In this document: one piece after another, positions 18,382-27,984 of the stretch
Numbering within the stretch: position 1 is the stretch's first letter
Layout: each line of letters starts with the position of its first letter
NCBI RefSeq assembly: GCF_000981785.2
Contig: NZ_CP011304.1
Coordinates: 3,900,001 to 3,932,000 of the forward strand
Length of the DNA stretch: 32,000 nt
Direction of reading: 5' to 3'
From: Microcystis aeruginosa NIES-2549
Lineage (GTDB): Bacteria > Cyanobacteriota > Cyanobacteriia > Cyanobacteriales > Microcystaceae
Translations under genes and position numbers: made by a program
The notes under the pieces: generated by a model
Told to the model about the DNA's origin: nothing
What the model saw: the letters and a program-made list of their open reading frames with translations, nothing else
Databases searched by the model: none

Positions 18382-18994
18382 TTAATCTTGCCATTCCATC
18401 CAGTGCGATGTTGGCTAGTAGTGGACTTATTACCCCTCCTTGAGGTGTCCCTGTTTCTGTTTCTTCAAATACGCCGTTATCCAAAACTCCTGCTTTGAGC
18501 CATTGTTTTATGTCTCTTTTCAGGGAACTTGGACAATGAATTTTGGACAGTAAAAAATTGTGATTAATTCGGTCAAAACACTTGGCAATATCAGCATCTA
18601 ATACAAAGTAGCTACTTTGATTAATGGTGGTGTATATCCTTGATATTGCGTCATGGGCAGACCTTCCCGGTCGGAAACCATAACTGGTTCCTTCCATTTT
18701 TGATTCCCATTCTGGCTCAAGTGCCGATTTAATCAATGCTTGTCTAGCTCTGTCTTTGATGGTTGGTATTCCTAATGGACGTTTTTCATCCTTACCGGGT
18801 TTAGGAATCCATACCCTTCTTAATGGTTTTGCTTTAAGTGTTCCCTTGATTTCTTCGGTTAGATTTAGCCTTTGTTCTGGAGATATTGCTATCATTCCAT
18901 CTACTCCTGCTGTTTTCTTTCCTTGATTATCTTGGGTTACTTTGCGAACCGCTAATAGACGAGCGTAGTACGATTTCACCAATAGACGTTGCAA
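18353..18994 (-). CDS. group II intron-encoded protein, N-terminal fragment (RT domains 0-4); frameshifted
   Basis: Contains LQRLLVKSYYARLLAVRKVTQDNQGKKTAGVDG, RRVWIPKPGKDEKRPLGIPTIKDR, GFRPGRSAHDA and TPQGGVISPLLANI. The same frame stays open upstream to 19144 and encodes the conserved VWKAISWGKIQRYVFKLQKRIYQAAKSG, but has no ATG, GTG or TTG there. Confidence 0.85.
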   Translation of the reverse strand: MQRLLVKSYYARLLAVRKVTQDNQGKKTAGVDGMIAISPEQRLNLTEEIKGTLKAKPLRRVWIPKPGKDEKRPLGIPTIKDRARQALIKSALEPEWESKMEGTSYGFRPGRSAHDAISRIYTTINQSSYFVLDADIAKCFDRINHNFLLSKIHCPSSLKRDIKQWLKAGVLDNGVFEETETGTPQGGVISPLLANIALDGMARLIETLFPKKR

Positions 18995-20295
18995 CCTTCT
19001 AACCTTTGCATCCTGTCCCGATTTAGCCGCTTGGTATATCCTCTTTTGGAGCTTGAAAACATATCTTTGGATTTTACCCCAGCTGATAGCTTTCCATACA
19101 TTCGTAGTCTTAGTGGTTTCCGGTTTCCCGAACCCTTTACCTTCTCAAGGGTTTCGTCATATAGACTCCTACTAGACTCTATCCTTACAATCAAACCGTA
19201 ACCTGTTAGCGTATCTTGACTATTAACGTCAAGCGTTGGCTTTTGGTTACATCTCACACCCTTTAAGGCTTGCGCTTACACTTATCACTACTGGGTATTT
19301 CGACCTGTACCCAGAGCCTAAAAGGGCTTATCACGTTCCGTTTATATGGGCATTCCATCTTTAGATTTGTCCTCTCCATCGGGGTACTTTTAAAGGTCTG
19401 TGTGAGTGAAAGTAAGATATTCTCACTATTCCCCTTATTCTTTTGAACGCAGTGTATCAACCTATTTCACTGCTTAATAGTTACGATGGTTCAGGTCAGA
19501 CATTTGGCTCACGCCTAATCATGGATGGTTGGCAGTGGTCTCGATTCTGGTGTTAGGTTACACCTCGGAGCCTTCCGTTCCCCGCTTCAGTCCCAGAGTT
19601 GTGATTTCTGAATCTGGGGGTGGCTATCGCCGTTACTCTCACCTTGTAAAGATTTATTACAAGTGTATTGACCTTGAGTCCCCTTGCCTGATTTGGTATC
19701 GGGTGATACTAAACGTTGGGACATATAAACAGTTATAAGGTTGGTCTGGGTTGACCTCTTAGATTCAGTCGGGGGACTGAAGCCCTTACTAGGCGGTTAT
19801 TTCAGGCATTTCAGCCCTATTTCATGCCTAAACGTTTCGCACCTAACTACATATTATAAGTCAACTTTCTGCATAACAGTCTCCAGAGTAACGATACGGG
19901 TCAACTTTCTGTATGTCACCCCGTTCATTAACATAAAATACTTAATTTGTCAATAGGTAGTAATATTTAATCTGCTTATACTTCCAGTTTTGGTCTGAAA
20001 ATGGGCGATCAATAGTCGAGCGATCGAGGGATGGGGATGACCACGAGCCTAGGGGATTATGTAAAAGTGAACAACTTATCAGCAGGTTTCCGGGGGGACA
20101 AAACCATAATCCGGGAGATTCCGGGCATCTCCGCAAGTTAGCTGAGACCGATTGACCCCAGAAAAAATCTTCAGAGCTACAACCATTATAACTAATAGCC
20201 GCTCCCCAATAACTGATCACTGAAAGACGGCTAAACTAAAAAGCCGTGCTAAAATCAGCATATCTAGGGTCGCTTGTGTAGGTGATGGATAGGCT

Positions 20296-22761
20296 ATGTT
20301 TGAAAGATTTACGGAAAAAGCCATTAAAGTAATCATGCTCGCCCAAGAAGAAGCCCGCCGCCTCGGCCATAACTTCGTGGGAACAGAGCAGATTTTACTA
20401 GGACTAATTGGAGAGGGAACGGGAGTTGCCGCCAAAGTCCTCAAGTCCATGGGTGTCAATCTCAAAGATGCGCGCGTGGAGGTGGAGAAAATCATCGGTC
20501 GCGGTTCCGGATTCGTAGCCGTGGAAATTCCCTTCACCCCCAGAGCCAAACGAGTTTTAGAACTCTCCCTCGAAGAAGCCCGTCAACTGGGCCATAACTA
20601 TATTGGCACAGAACACCTCCTTTTAGGACTAATTCGCGAAGGGGAAGGTGTGGCCGCTAGGGTTCTGGAAAATCTCGGCGTGGATCTATCGAAAGTTCGC
20701 ACCCAGGTGATCAGAATGTTAGGGGAAACCGCCGAAGTGGCCGCTGGTTCATCTTCCCAAGGTCGCACTAAAACCCCCACTCTTGATGAATTTGGTTCCA
20801 ATCTCACCCAAATGGCCAGCGAGGGTAAACTCGATCCCGTGGTCGGCCGACAAAAGGAAATCGAGCGCGTTATCCAAATTCTCGGTCGTCGTACCAAAAA
20901 TAACCCCGTCCTAATCGGGGAACCGGGGGTAGGTAAAACAGCGATCGCAGAAGGATTAGCCCAACGCATTGCTAACAAGGATATTCCCGACATTCTCGAA
21001 GAAAAACGGGTTGTCACCCTCGATATCGGCTTGCTAGTGGCGGGAACCAAGTATCGCGGCGAATTTGAGGAACGCCTCAAAAAAATCATGGACGAAATTC
21101 GCCAAGCGGGTAACGTCATCCTTGTTATCGATGAAGTTCATACTCTCATCGGTGCCGGGGCAGCCGAAGGAGCGATCGATGCGGCCAATATTCTCAAACC
21201 AGCTTTGGCCCGGGGAGAACTGCAATGTATCGGCGCAACGACCTTGGATGAGTATCGCAAACATATCGAACGGGATGCGGCTCTAGAAAGACGTTTTCAA
21301 CCGGTTATGGTCGGTGAACCCTCCGTAGAAGAAACGATCGAAATTCTCTACGGTCTCCGGGAACGCTACGAACAGCACCATAAACTAAAAATCTTAGACG
21401 AAGCGCTAGAAGCGGCGGCGAAATTGTCCGATCGCTACATTAGCGATCGCTTCTTACCGGACAAGGCGATCGATTTAATCGATGAAGCCGGTTCGAGAGT
21501 GCGCTTGATTAATTCCCAATTGCCACCGGCAGCCAAGGAATTAGACAAAGAACTGCGGCAAATTCTCAAACAAAAAGATGACGCGGTGCGCGGTCAAGAC
21601 TTCGAGAAAGCTGGGGAATTGCGCGATCGGGAAATGGAAATCAAAACCCAGATCCGGAATCTCGCTTCCACCAAAAAAGGCGAAGATGGCAACGATGAAC
21701 CCTTTGTGGATGCCGAGGAAATCGCTCACATCGTCGCTTCTTGGACTGGGGTTCCCGTCAACAAACTGACCGAAACCGAATCCGAGAAACTGCTGCACAT
21801 GGAAGATACCCTACATCAGCGTCTCATCGGTCAAGAGGACGCAGTTAAAGCGGTGTCCCGGGCCATTCGTCGCGCTCGCGTCGGTCTGAAAAATCCCAAC
21901 CGTCCCATTGCTTCCTTTATCTTCTCTGGTCCAACGGGGGTGGGTAAAACCGAGTTAACTAAAGCTCTGGCCGCTTATTTCTTCGGTTCGGAAGATGCGA
22001 TGATCCGTCTCGATATGTCGGAATACATGGAACGGCACACGGTTTCTAAGTTAATCGGTTCGCCTCCGGGTTATGTTGGTTACAACGAAGGGGGACAATT
22101 AACGGAAGCGGTGCGTCGTCGTCCCTACACGGTGGTGCTATTCGACGAAATCGAAAAAGCTCACCCCGATGTCTTCAATATGCTTCTGCAAATCCTTGAA
22201 GATGGACGTTTGACCGATGCTAAAGGTCGCACGGTGGACTTTAAAAATACCCTGTTGATCATGACCTCGAACATCGGTTCTAAGGTGATCGAGAAGGGTG
22301 GCGGTGGTTTAGGTTTCGAGTTTGCCGATAATCAGGCCGAGGCCCAGTATAATCGCATTCGATCGCTGGTTAATGAGGAATTAAAACAGTATTTCCGCCC
22401 TGAATTCCTCAACCGTCTTGATGAGATTATTGTCTTCCGTCAACTCAATAAGGAAGAAGTCAAGGAAATCGCCGAAATCCTGCTCAAGGATGTGTTTAAA
22501 CGTCTGACAGAACAAAATATTACTTTGTCTGTCACCGATAAGTTTAAAGAACGCTTGATCGAGGAGGGTTATAATCCGGCCTACGGCGCTCGTCCCTTAC
22601 GTCGTGCGATTATGCGTCTGTTGGAAGATGTTCTGGCTGAGGAAATTCTCTCCGGACGGGTTTCTGATGGGGATACGGCTATGGTCGATATCGATGAGGA
22701 AGGTAAGGTGAAAGTAATTTCGGGGGAAAGACGCGAGTTAATCGCTCCCGTGATCGAATAA
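20296..22761 (+). CDS. clpC: ATP-dependent Clp protease ATP-binding subunit ClpC
   Basis: 821 aa. It has N-terminal Clp repeat pairs, two AAA+ modules (GEPGVGKT and GPTGVGKT Walker A) and a UVR-like linker. Confidence 0.95.
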   Translation: MFERFTEKAIKVIMLAQEEARRLGHNFVGTEQILLGLIGEGTGVAAKVLKSMGVNLKDARVEVEKIIGRGSGFVAVEIPFTPRAKRVLELSLEEARQLGHNYIGTEHLLLGLIREGEGVAARVLENLGVDLSKVRTQVIRMLGETAEVAAGSSSQGRTKTPTLDEFGSNLTQMASEGKLDPVVGRQKEIERVIQILGRRTKNNPVLIGEPGVGKTAIAEGLAQRIANKDIPDILEEKRVVTLDIGLLVAGTKYRGEFEERLKKIMDEIRQAGNVILVIDEVHTLIGAGAAEGAIDAANILKPALARGELQCIGATTLDEYRKHIERDAALERRFQPVMVGEPSVEETIEILYGLRERYEQHHKLKILDEALEAAAKLSDRYISDRFLPDKAIDLIDEAGSRVRLINSQLPPAAKELDKELRQILKQKDDAVRGQDFEKAGELRDREMEIKTQIRNLASTKKGEDGNDEPFVDAEEIAHIVASWTGVPVNKLTETESEKLLHMEDTLHQRLIGQEDAVKAVSRAIRRARVGLKNPNRPIASFIFSGPTGVGKTELTKALAAYFFGSEDAMIRLDMSEYMERHTVSKLIGSPPGYVGYNEGGQLTEAVRRRPYTVVLFDEIEKAHPDVFNMLLQILEDGRLTDAKGRTVDFKNTLLIMTSNIGSKVIEKGGGGLGFEFADNQAEAQYNRIRSLVNEELKQYFRPEFLNRLDEIIVFRQLNKEEVKEIAEILLKDVFKRLTEQNITLSVTDKFKERLIEEGYNPAYGARPLRRAIMRLLEDVLAEEILSGRVSDGDTAMVDIDEEGKVKVISGERRELIAPVIE

Positions 22762-22784
22762 ATTCTCACTGGAATTAGTTAAAT

Positions 22785-22811
22785 AAAAGGTGGGCTTTTT
22801 GCTCACCTTTT
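22785..22811 (+). terminator. rho-independent terminator candidate after clpC
   Basis: AAAAGGTGGGC-TTTTT-GCTCACCTTTT hairpin with one G.U pair, starting 24 nt after the stop codon. Confidence 0.65.
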
Positions 22812-22836
22812 CTCGTAAAAATAGGGAAAAAGTGAG

Positions 22837-23103
22837 ATGAAAGTCTGGATTGTGGGTTGTGTTTTGTTATTTTTATTGGTGGAATTTTATCAGTGGGCAA
22901 AGGGTTTTATTTTGCCTTTACCTCTCTATATTTTTGCTGGAGCTTTGCTATCGATCGCTTCTAATTATTCTCAAGATATGGGCAATTTATTTGCTAGAAA
23001 TGAACAGGTTTATCAAACTGCTAGTTTAAGTGATATTCCTGACATTTTGACGACAGAAAACTCGATACCTCTGCTAAAAGAAGGAGAAAATAAGCTTGAA
23101 TAG
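22837..23103 (+). CDS. small hypothetical membrane protein (two predicted TM helices)
   Basis: 88 aa. MKVWIVGCVLLFLLVEFYQW and LPLPLYIFAGALLSIA are hydrophobic segments. No family recognised. Confidence 0.4.
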   Translation: MKVWIVGCVLLFLLVEFYQWAKGFILPLPLYIFAGALLSIASNYSQDMGNLFARNEQVYQTASLSDIPDILTTENSIPLLKEGENKLE

Positions 23104-23165
23104 CTATAATAATCGTCCATTTATAGCGTTTTTCAGTCTGCTGAGGTACAAAAGTTATGGGTTTT

Positions 23166-23200
23166 AGGCAAAAGGCAAAAGTCAAAAGTCAAAAGGGAAG
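23166..23200 (+). repeat. heptanucleotide array (AGGCAAA x2, AGTCAAA x2, AGGGAAG)
   Basis: Five consecutive 7-bp units by direct reading. The array is flanked by 9-bp inverted repeats TGAGGTACA / TGTACCTCA. Confidence 0.85.
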
Positions 23201-23305
23201 AAAAATATGTGTACCTCACTAGCTTAGGAAACGCTATATAGCGGTATGCACTTGCATGAGGTACAATAGAAGAGGACAATAAATTATAGACCTAGCCTGC
23301 ATTAT

Positions 23306-23548
23306 TCATGAAGACTTTGGAAAATCCTCGAAAGCCTTGGCAAGAAGTTCATCTAGCGATCTGGCTGAAAAACAGTCTGTTTTTTGAGATGTCCTCACAA
23401 TCAGGTTTTTGCCAGTTGGTGAATAATGCAGGCTAAAGACTTCCGTGATTAAATCCCAAAAGACTTGGGCTAACTCCGTTTGATGAGGAGTTTTCAGTTT
23501 TTCTATTAAGCTCAACATATATTTTAAAGGTTGGCGGTCACTCCTCAT
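23306..23548 (-). CDS. hypothetical 80-aa protein (doubtful)
   Basis: An open frame only, with no family recognised. Its 3' half is bracketed by a perfect 16-bp inverted repeat, so it may be a by-product of a repeat element. Confidence 0.25.
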   Translation of the reverse strand: MRSDRQPLKYMLSLIEKLKTPHQTELAQVFWDLITEVFSLHYSPTGKNLIVRTSQKTDCFSARSLDELLAKAFEDFPKSS

Positions 23549-23635
23549 TTTACAAAGACAGTGATCGCCTTTACTTTTGATATTCTGACGGGAGAATGAA
23601 ACAGCCCTACCCGTTGGGGGCGTTGCGCGGCCACT

Positions 23636-23665
23636 GAGCCTTTACATTGAGCCTTTACATTGAGC
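23636..23665 (+). repeat. 13-bp tandem repeat (GAGCCTTTACATT, about 2.3 copies)
   Basis: Direct reading. It lies inside the more diverged 5' part of dispersed-repeat copy B. Confidence 0.85.
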
Positions 23666-23696
23666 TTGTCGTCACCCCGTCAGGTCGAAGTGCCGC

Positions 23697-23820
23697 CCCA
23701 AACCCCCCGCGCATTAGGTTAACTGTGAGATGCTTACAGGCGATTGTTCATATTTTTGTACTAATTTAAGAGTCACTGATAATTGCTGATTGTCGGTATT
23801 TCTGCAAATGTGGGATGCAC
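23697..23820 (+). repeat. dispersed intergenic repeat, copy B
   Basis: Aligns with 516-640 (see copy A). The hairpin is at 23775-23797. Confidence 0.85.
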
Positions 23821-23919
23821 CCAGACAGAAATATGTTCACCGAGAATCACTCCCGTTAGAGTGAGATAAGATTAACTCTTATTCCTCACCCTAACTACTA
23901 GGAAAAACCAGCAATTAAA

Positions 23920-25890
23920 TTACGCACCTTGCCGTAATTTATCCAAAACCGATCGATCTTCTAGAGTAGAAGTATCACCAGAAATCTCTTGACCTGATGC
24001 TAAAGTTCGTAATAGACGACGCATAATTTTACCCGATCGCGTTTTTGGCAGTACATCGGTAAAACGGATTTCTCCCGGTCGGGCAATAATGCCAATTTCC
24101 TTGACAACGTGATCCTTTAATGCTTTCGCTAACTCCGGACTCGCTTCATAATGCCCCTCGAGAGTCACAAAAGCATAGACTTCTTCCCCTTTAATTTCAT
24201 CCGGTCGTCCCACCACAGCCGCCTCTGCTACCGCAGGATGAGATACTAAAGCTGATTCGATCTCCATGGTCCCTAAACGGTGGCCAGAAACGCTCATCAC
24301 GTCATCAACGCGCCCCATTACCCAGAAATAACCGTCTTCGTCCTGACGACTACCATCTCCAGCAAAATAGAGATATTGGCCATCTTTGGGGGCGATATGT
24401 TCCCAGTAGGTATTGCGGAAGCGATCGGGATTTTTATAGACTGTTCGCATCATACCGGGCCAGGGATGTTTGACCACCAGATAACCCCCCTCATTCGCTT
24501 GGGCGGGATTACCGTCTAAGTCCACCACTTCGGCCATAATACCGGGGAAAGGTAGGGTTGCTGACCCCGGTTTGGTGGCAATTGCCCCGGGTAGGGGAGT
24601 AATCATAATCCCCCCGGTTTCCGTTTGCCACCAAGTATCGACAATCGGACATTTTTCTTTACCGATAACTCGGTGATACCACATCCACGCTTCCGGGTTA
24701 ATCGGCTCTCCCACGGTTCCCAGTAAGCGCAAAGAGGATAAATCCCGGCTATTGGGGATATCTTCACCCATTTTGATAAAAGCGCGGATAGCAGTGGGGG
24801 CAGTATAAAAGATATTAACGCGATATTTCTCAATTACATCCCAAAAACAGCCTAAATTAGAGGGACGGGGAACCCCTTCATACATTACCGTGGTGGCACC
24901 ATTGGAAAGCGGTCCGTAAACGATATAACTATGGCCGGTAATCCACCCCACATCGGCAGTACACCAGTAAACATCGGTGTCTTTCAGGTCAAAAATCCAT
25001 TTGCTGGTGATATGGGTGTAGAGATTATAACCGCCAGTGGTGTGGACGACTCCTTTCGGTTTGCCGGTGGAACCACTGGTATAGAGGATAAATAACATAT
25101 CTTCGCTATCCATGGGTTCGGCCGGACAGTTAGCAGATACCTGTTTTTGTAGATCATGCCACCAGTAATCGCGATCGGCAACCATATTGATGGGTTCCTT
25201 GCTGCGCTGGACAACGAGGACTTTTTCCACACTGGGGGCGCTATTATCGGCTAGAGCCAGATCTACCTGTTCCTTGAGGGCAACTACTTTATCCTTGCGG
25301 AAACCACCATCGGCAGTGATTACCACCTTAGCGGCCGCATCATTAAGACGATCGCGCAAAGCATCGGCACTAAATCCCCCAAAAACTACACTGTGGGGCG
25401 CACCAATTCTGGCACAGGCTAACATGGCGATGGCCGCTTCGGGAATCATCGGCATATAAATTCCGACCACATCGCCTTTTTTTACGCCTAATTCCTTTAA
25501 AGCGTTGGCAAATTGGCACACTTCTCGGTGTAGCTGTTCGTAGGTAATGGTGCGGCTGTCTCCCGGTTCTCCTTCCCAGATGATGGCGGCTTTATTACGT
25601 CTCCAGGTGGTGAGATGTCTGTCAATACAGTTGTAACAAATATTAATCTTGCCGTTGACGAACCATTTAGCAAAGGGGGGCTGCCAGTCAAGAACCTCTG
25701 ACCATTTTTCAAACCAATGTAGTTCTTTTTCGGCTAATTGGGCCCAAAAAGCTGGGGGATCGGCCTTGGCTTTGGCGTAGAGTTGCTGATATTCTTCAAA
25801 GCTTTTAATGGTGGCATTCTGGGCAAATTCGGCACTGGGGGGAAACAGCCGATTTTCCTGTAGGATCGATTCGATCGCTATTTCTGTCAT
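23920..25890 (-). CDS. acs: acetyl-CoA synthetase (AMP-forming)
   Basis: 656 aa. It has the [15 protein letters not shown]-binding motif, WWQTETGG, and a C-terminal [10 protein letters not shown]. Confidence 0.95.
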   Translation of the reverse strand: MTEIAIESILQENRLFPPSAEFAQNATIKSFEEYQQLYAKAKADPPAFWAQLAEKELHWFEKWSEVLDWQPPFAKWFVNGKINICYNCIDRHLTTWRRNKAAIIWEGEPGDSRTITYEQLHREVCQFANALKELGVKKGDVVGIYMPMIPEAAIAMLACARIGAPHSVVFGGFSADALRDRLNDAAAKVVITADGGFRKDKVVALKEQVDLALADNSAPSVEKVLVVQRSKEPINMVADRDYWWHDLQKQVSANCPAEPMDSEDMLFILYTSGSTGKPKGVVHTTGGYNLYTHITSKWIFDLKDTDVYWCTADVGWITGHSYIVYGPLSNGATTVMYEGVPRPSNLGCFWDVIEKYRVNIFYTAPTAIRAFIKMGEDIPNSRDLSSLRLLGTVGEPINPEAWMWYHRVIGKEKCPIVDTWWQTETGGIMITPLPGAIATKPGSATLPFPGIMAEVVDLDGNPAQANEGGYLVVKHPWPGMMRTVYKNPDRFRNTYWEHIAPKDGQYLYFAGDGSRQDEDGYFWVMGRVDDVMSVSGHRLGTMEIESALVSHPAVAEAAVVGRPDEIKGEEVYAFVTLEGHYEASPELAKALKDHVVKEIGIIARPGEIRFTDVLPKTRSGKIMRRLLRTLASGQEISGDTSTLEDRSVLDKLRQGA

Positions 25891-26107
25891 ACTGGAAAAC
25901 GAAATAAATTATCTTGCGATCCAGATTACCTTTTTCGGTTCCCCGCGTAACCCCGGCAAGCAATTCTTTAAGGCTATTTTAGGATTGCCCGATCCCTAAC
26001 TAGCGATCGCCATTTTGCCCAAGTGTTACAGAGTTTAAAGTTATGTCACCGATCGAGCGATGAACAGATCGCTGTAAGGTAAACTAACCGATAAACCCGA
26101 AATTTAA

Positions 26108-26386
<279 letters not shown>

Positions 26387-26434
26387 GCCTGGCAATCATT
26401 CTGTGTTTAATATTTAGCGAAAACTAATCTTGTT

Positions 26435-26461
26435 AAGAGGACTAACCAGTCCTCTTTTTTT
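26435..26461 (+). terminator. rho-independent terminator after psaC
   Basis: AAGAGGACT-AACC-AGTCCTCTT is a perfect 9-bp stem followed by a T-run. Confidence 0.8.
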
Positions 26462-26488
26462 GTTATACTCCCTTCGCTAGTTAAAATT

Positions 26489-27178
26489 TTAGTTAGGTAA
26501 TTCCCCAAAAAGTTGACGATATTTTTGCAGTTTTGCCTCCATTTCTACTAACTGCTGATTAGCCTTTTCTGCGCGTTGGCGTTCATTTTCAGCCCGTTGC
26601 TTTTCCTGCTCCAGTAGTTGATTAATTTCGCTGTAGCACGAGAATTGAGTACCATCAGGACGATAAATTTTTAACTCGTCGGTTAAGTCAAAACGAATGC
26701 CTAAACGGGGACTCACCCAATTATTAACCTCACTAACACTGTCTAAACTGTCACCAATTCGCTGCCAAGCTTCTAGACTATTATCATCGGGATCATAGAC
26801 GTAGTATTCTTGGACTCCATAGCGATCATAAAATAGCAATTTTTTGGCCATTTCGATGGAGGTATTACTGGGAGAAAGAATCTCAAAGACGACTTGAGGA
26901 GCAAGATTATCCTCTTGCCATTGTTTGTAGGAACCTCGATCGCCTTTCGGTCTGCCAAATACTACCATCGTATCAGGAGCGGCAGCAATTTTCGGCTGGC
27001 CTTCCACGGGATACCATAACAGATCCCCCGCTACAAATACCTGGGGATCATCGATATATAACCAGTCGATATTCTGCTTAATCGTCACTATCCAGTTAAA
27101 TTGTTTAGTATTATCTGCCATCGGTTTACCGTCGCTCTCAGGATAGATAATCTCGGTTTTGTTAACTTGACTAACCAT
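26489..27178 (-). CDS. Uma2 family (DUF820) putative endonuclease
   Basis: 229 aa. YPESDGKPMADNT ... FVAGDLLWYP ... APDTMVVFG ... VVFEILSPSN ... GVQEYYVYDP is the hallmark Uma2 pattern abundant in cyanobacteria. It also has a C-terminal coiled-coil. Confidence 0.85.
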   Translation of the reverse strand: MVSQVNKTEIIYPESDGKPMADNTKQFNWIVTIKQNIDWLYIDDPQVFVAGDLLWYPVEGQPKIAAAPDTMVVFGRPKGDRGSYKQWQEDNLAPQVVFEILSPSNTSIEMAKKLLFYDRYGVQEYYVYDPDDNSLEAWQRIGDSLDSVSEVNNWVSPRLGIRFDLTDELKIYRPDGTQFSCYSEINQLLEQEKQRAENERQRAEKANQQLVEMEAKLQKYRQLFGELPN

Positions 27179-27253
27179 GGGGAATACCTGCCGAACTCAT
27201 TGGGCTATTTTCATTATATAATAAATTTGAACTAAGTAAGGAAAAGACCGATC

Positions 27254-27982
27254 TTGATTTTAGAACTACAGCAAGTAAATTTAGCTATCCGACGGGGCAG
27301 TGCTTATCTGTTAGAAGATATTACTTTTGGCATCAAGCAAGGAGAAAAGTTAGCTATTGTCGGAGCATCTGGGGCAGGAAAAACGACTCTTTTGCGATTG
27401 TTAAATCGTTTGCAGGAACCAAGCACGGGAAATATTTATTTTCACGGTAAATCGATTAGGGAAATACCGGTTATTTCCCTGCGACAACAGATAGTTTTAT
27501 TGCTACAAGAGTCGAAATTATTAGGGATGACTGTTCAAGATGCTCTCGCTTATCCTTTGCAATTAAAAAAACTTACTCCTGCCGAAATTAATAATAGAAT
27601 TGACCGTTGGACATCCCTATTAAAAATTCCCGAACAGTGGTTTGAGCGCGGAGAGTTAGAATTATCTTTAGGACAAAGACAATTAGTGGCAATTACCAGA
27701 GCCTTGCTGTTAGAACCGAGCATACTGTTATTAGATGAACCCACCTCTGCTTTAGATACAGGCACGGCCAGCAGGTTATTAGAAGTATTAAATAATCAAA
27801 GTTCAATGACGATAATTATGGTCAATCATCAACTGGATTTTTTAGAAGAATTTGCCGAGCGAGTCATTTATCTAGAAGCGGGGAAAATTGGTTCAGATTG
27901 CCTCGCCCATCAATTAGATTGGTTAGGGCTAAAAACTCAGTTAATTGATTTAGAAAAATCCAGACAAAGTGACCACTGGTAA
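27254..27982 (+). CDS. ABC transporter ATP-binding protein (stand-alone, no adjacent permease)
   Basis: 242 aa with a TTG start. It has Walker A GASGAGKT, the signature LSLGQRQ and Walker B LLLDEPTS. Confidence 0.85.
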   Translation: MILELQQVNLAIRRGSAYLLEDITFGIKQGEKLAIVGASGAGKTTLLRLLNRLQEPSTGNIYFHGKSIREIPVISLRQQIVLLLQESKLLGMTVQDALAYPLQLKKLTPAEINNRIDRWTSLLKIPEQWFERGELELSLGQRQLVAITRALLLEPSILLLDEPTSALDTGTASRLLEVLNNQSSMTIIMVNHQLDFLEEFAERVIYLEAGKIGSDCLAHQLDWLGLKTQLIDLEKSRQSDHW

Positions 27983-27984
27983 GA

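Larger units (their letters stand above)
17237..19842 (-). mobile_element. group II intron (~2.6 kb) with an internal RT/maturase/HNH ORF
   Basis: On the minus strand, 5' GUGCG lies at 19842-19838. About 640 nt of structured non-coding sequence precede the ORF. Domain V is at 17313-17280. A DVI-like helix with an unpaired A precedes a ...UAAU end near 17237. Boundaries are accurate to within a few nt. Confidence 0.85.

Noticed and set aside
17314-18994. The reverse transcriptase could be a retron or defence-associated RT (DRT/UG-type) system rather than an intron.
   Set aside because: The protein has the maturase X region and a C-terminal HNH domain typical of group II intron proteins. A canonical domain V hairpin and a 5' GUGCG flank it at the expected distances. 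No msr/msd-like inverted repeats or effector gene fused to the RT were seen.
18976-19956. ORF-track entries inside the intron 5' region (18976..19257, 18989..19201, 19263..19460, 19529..19738, 19741..19956).
   Set aside because: They lie in intron domains I-IV or the 5' exon flank, on both strands, and have no recognisable protein features. The conserved RT N-terminus is in a different frame from the 93-aa ORF.
20000-20295. Possible riboswitch or ncRNA in the clpC upstream region (hairpin GGAGAT-N7-ATCTCC near 20117).
   Set aside because: There are only short, unremarkable stems and no motif I can match to a known RNA family.
20598-21798. Long antisense or alternative-frame ORFs inside clpC (for example 20598..21119 and 21541..21798), and likewise inside acs, pdhC, glmU, crtH, psaC and the ABC1 gene.
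   Set aside because: They are shadow ORFs of strongly supported genes, with low-complexity or compositionally odd translations.
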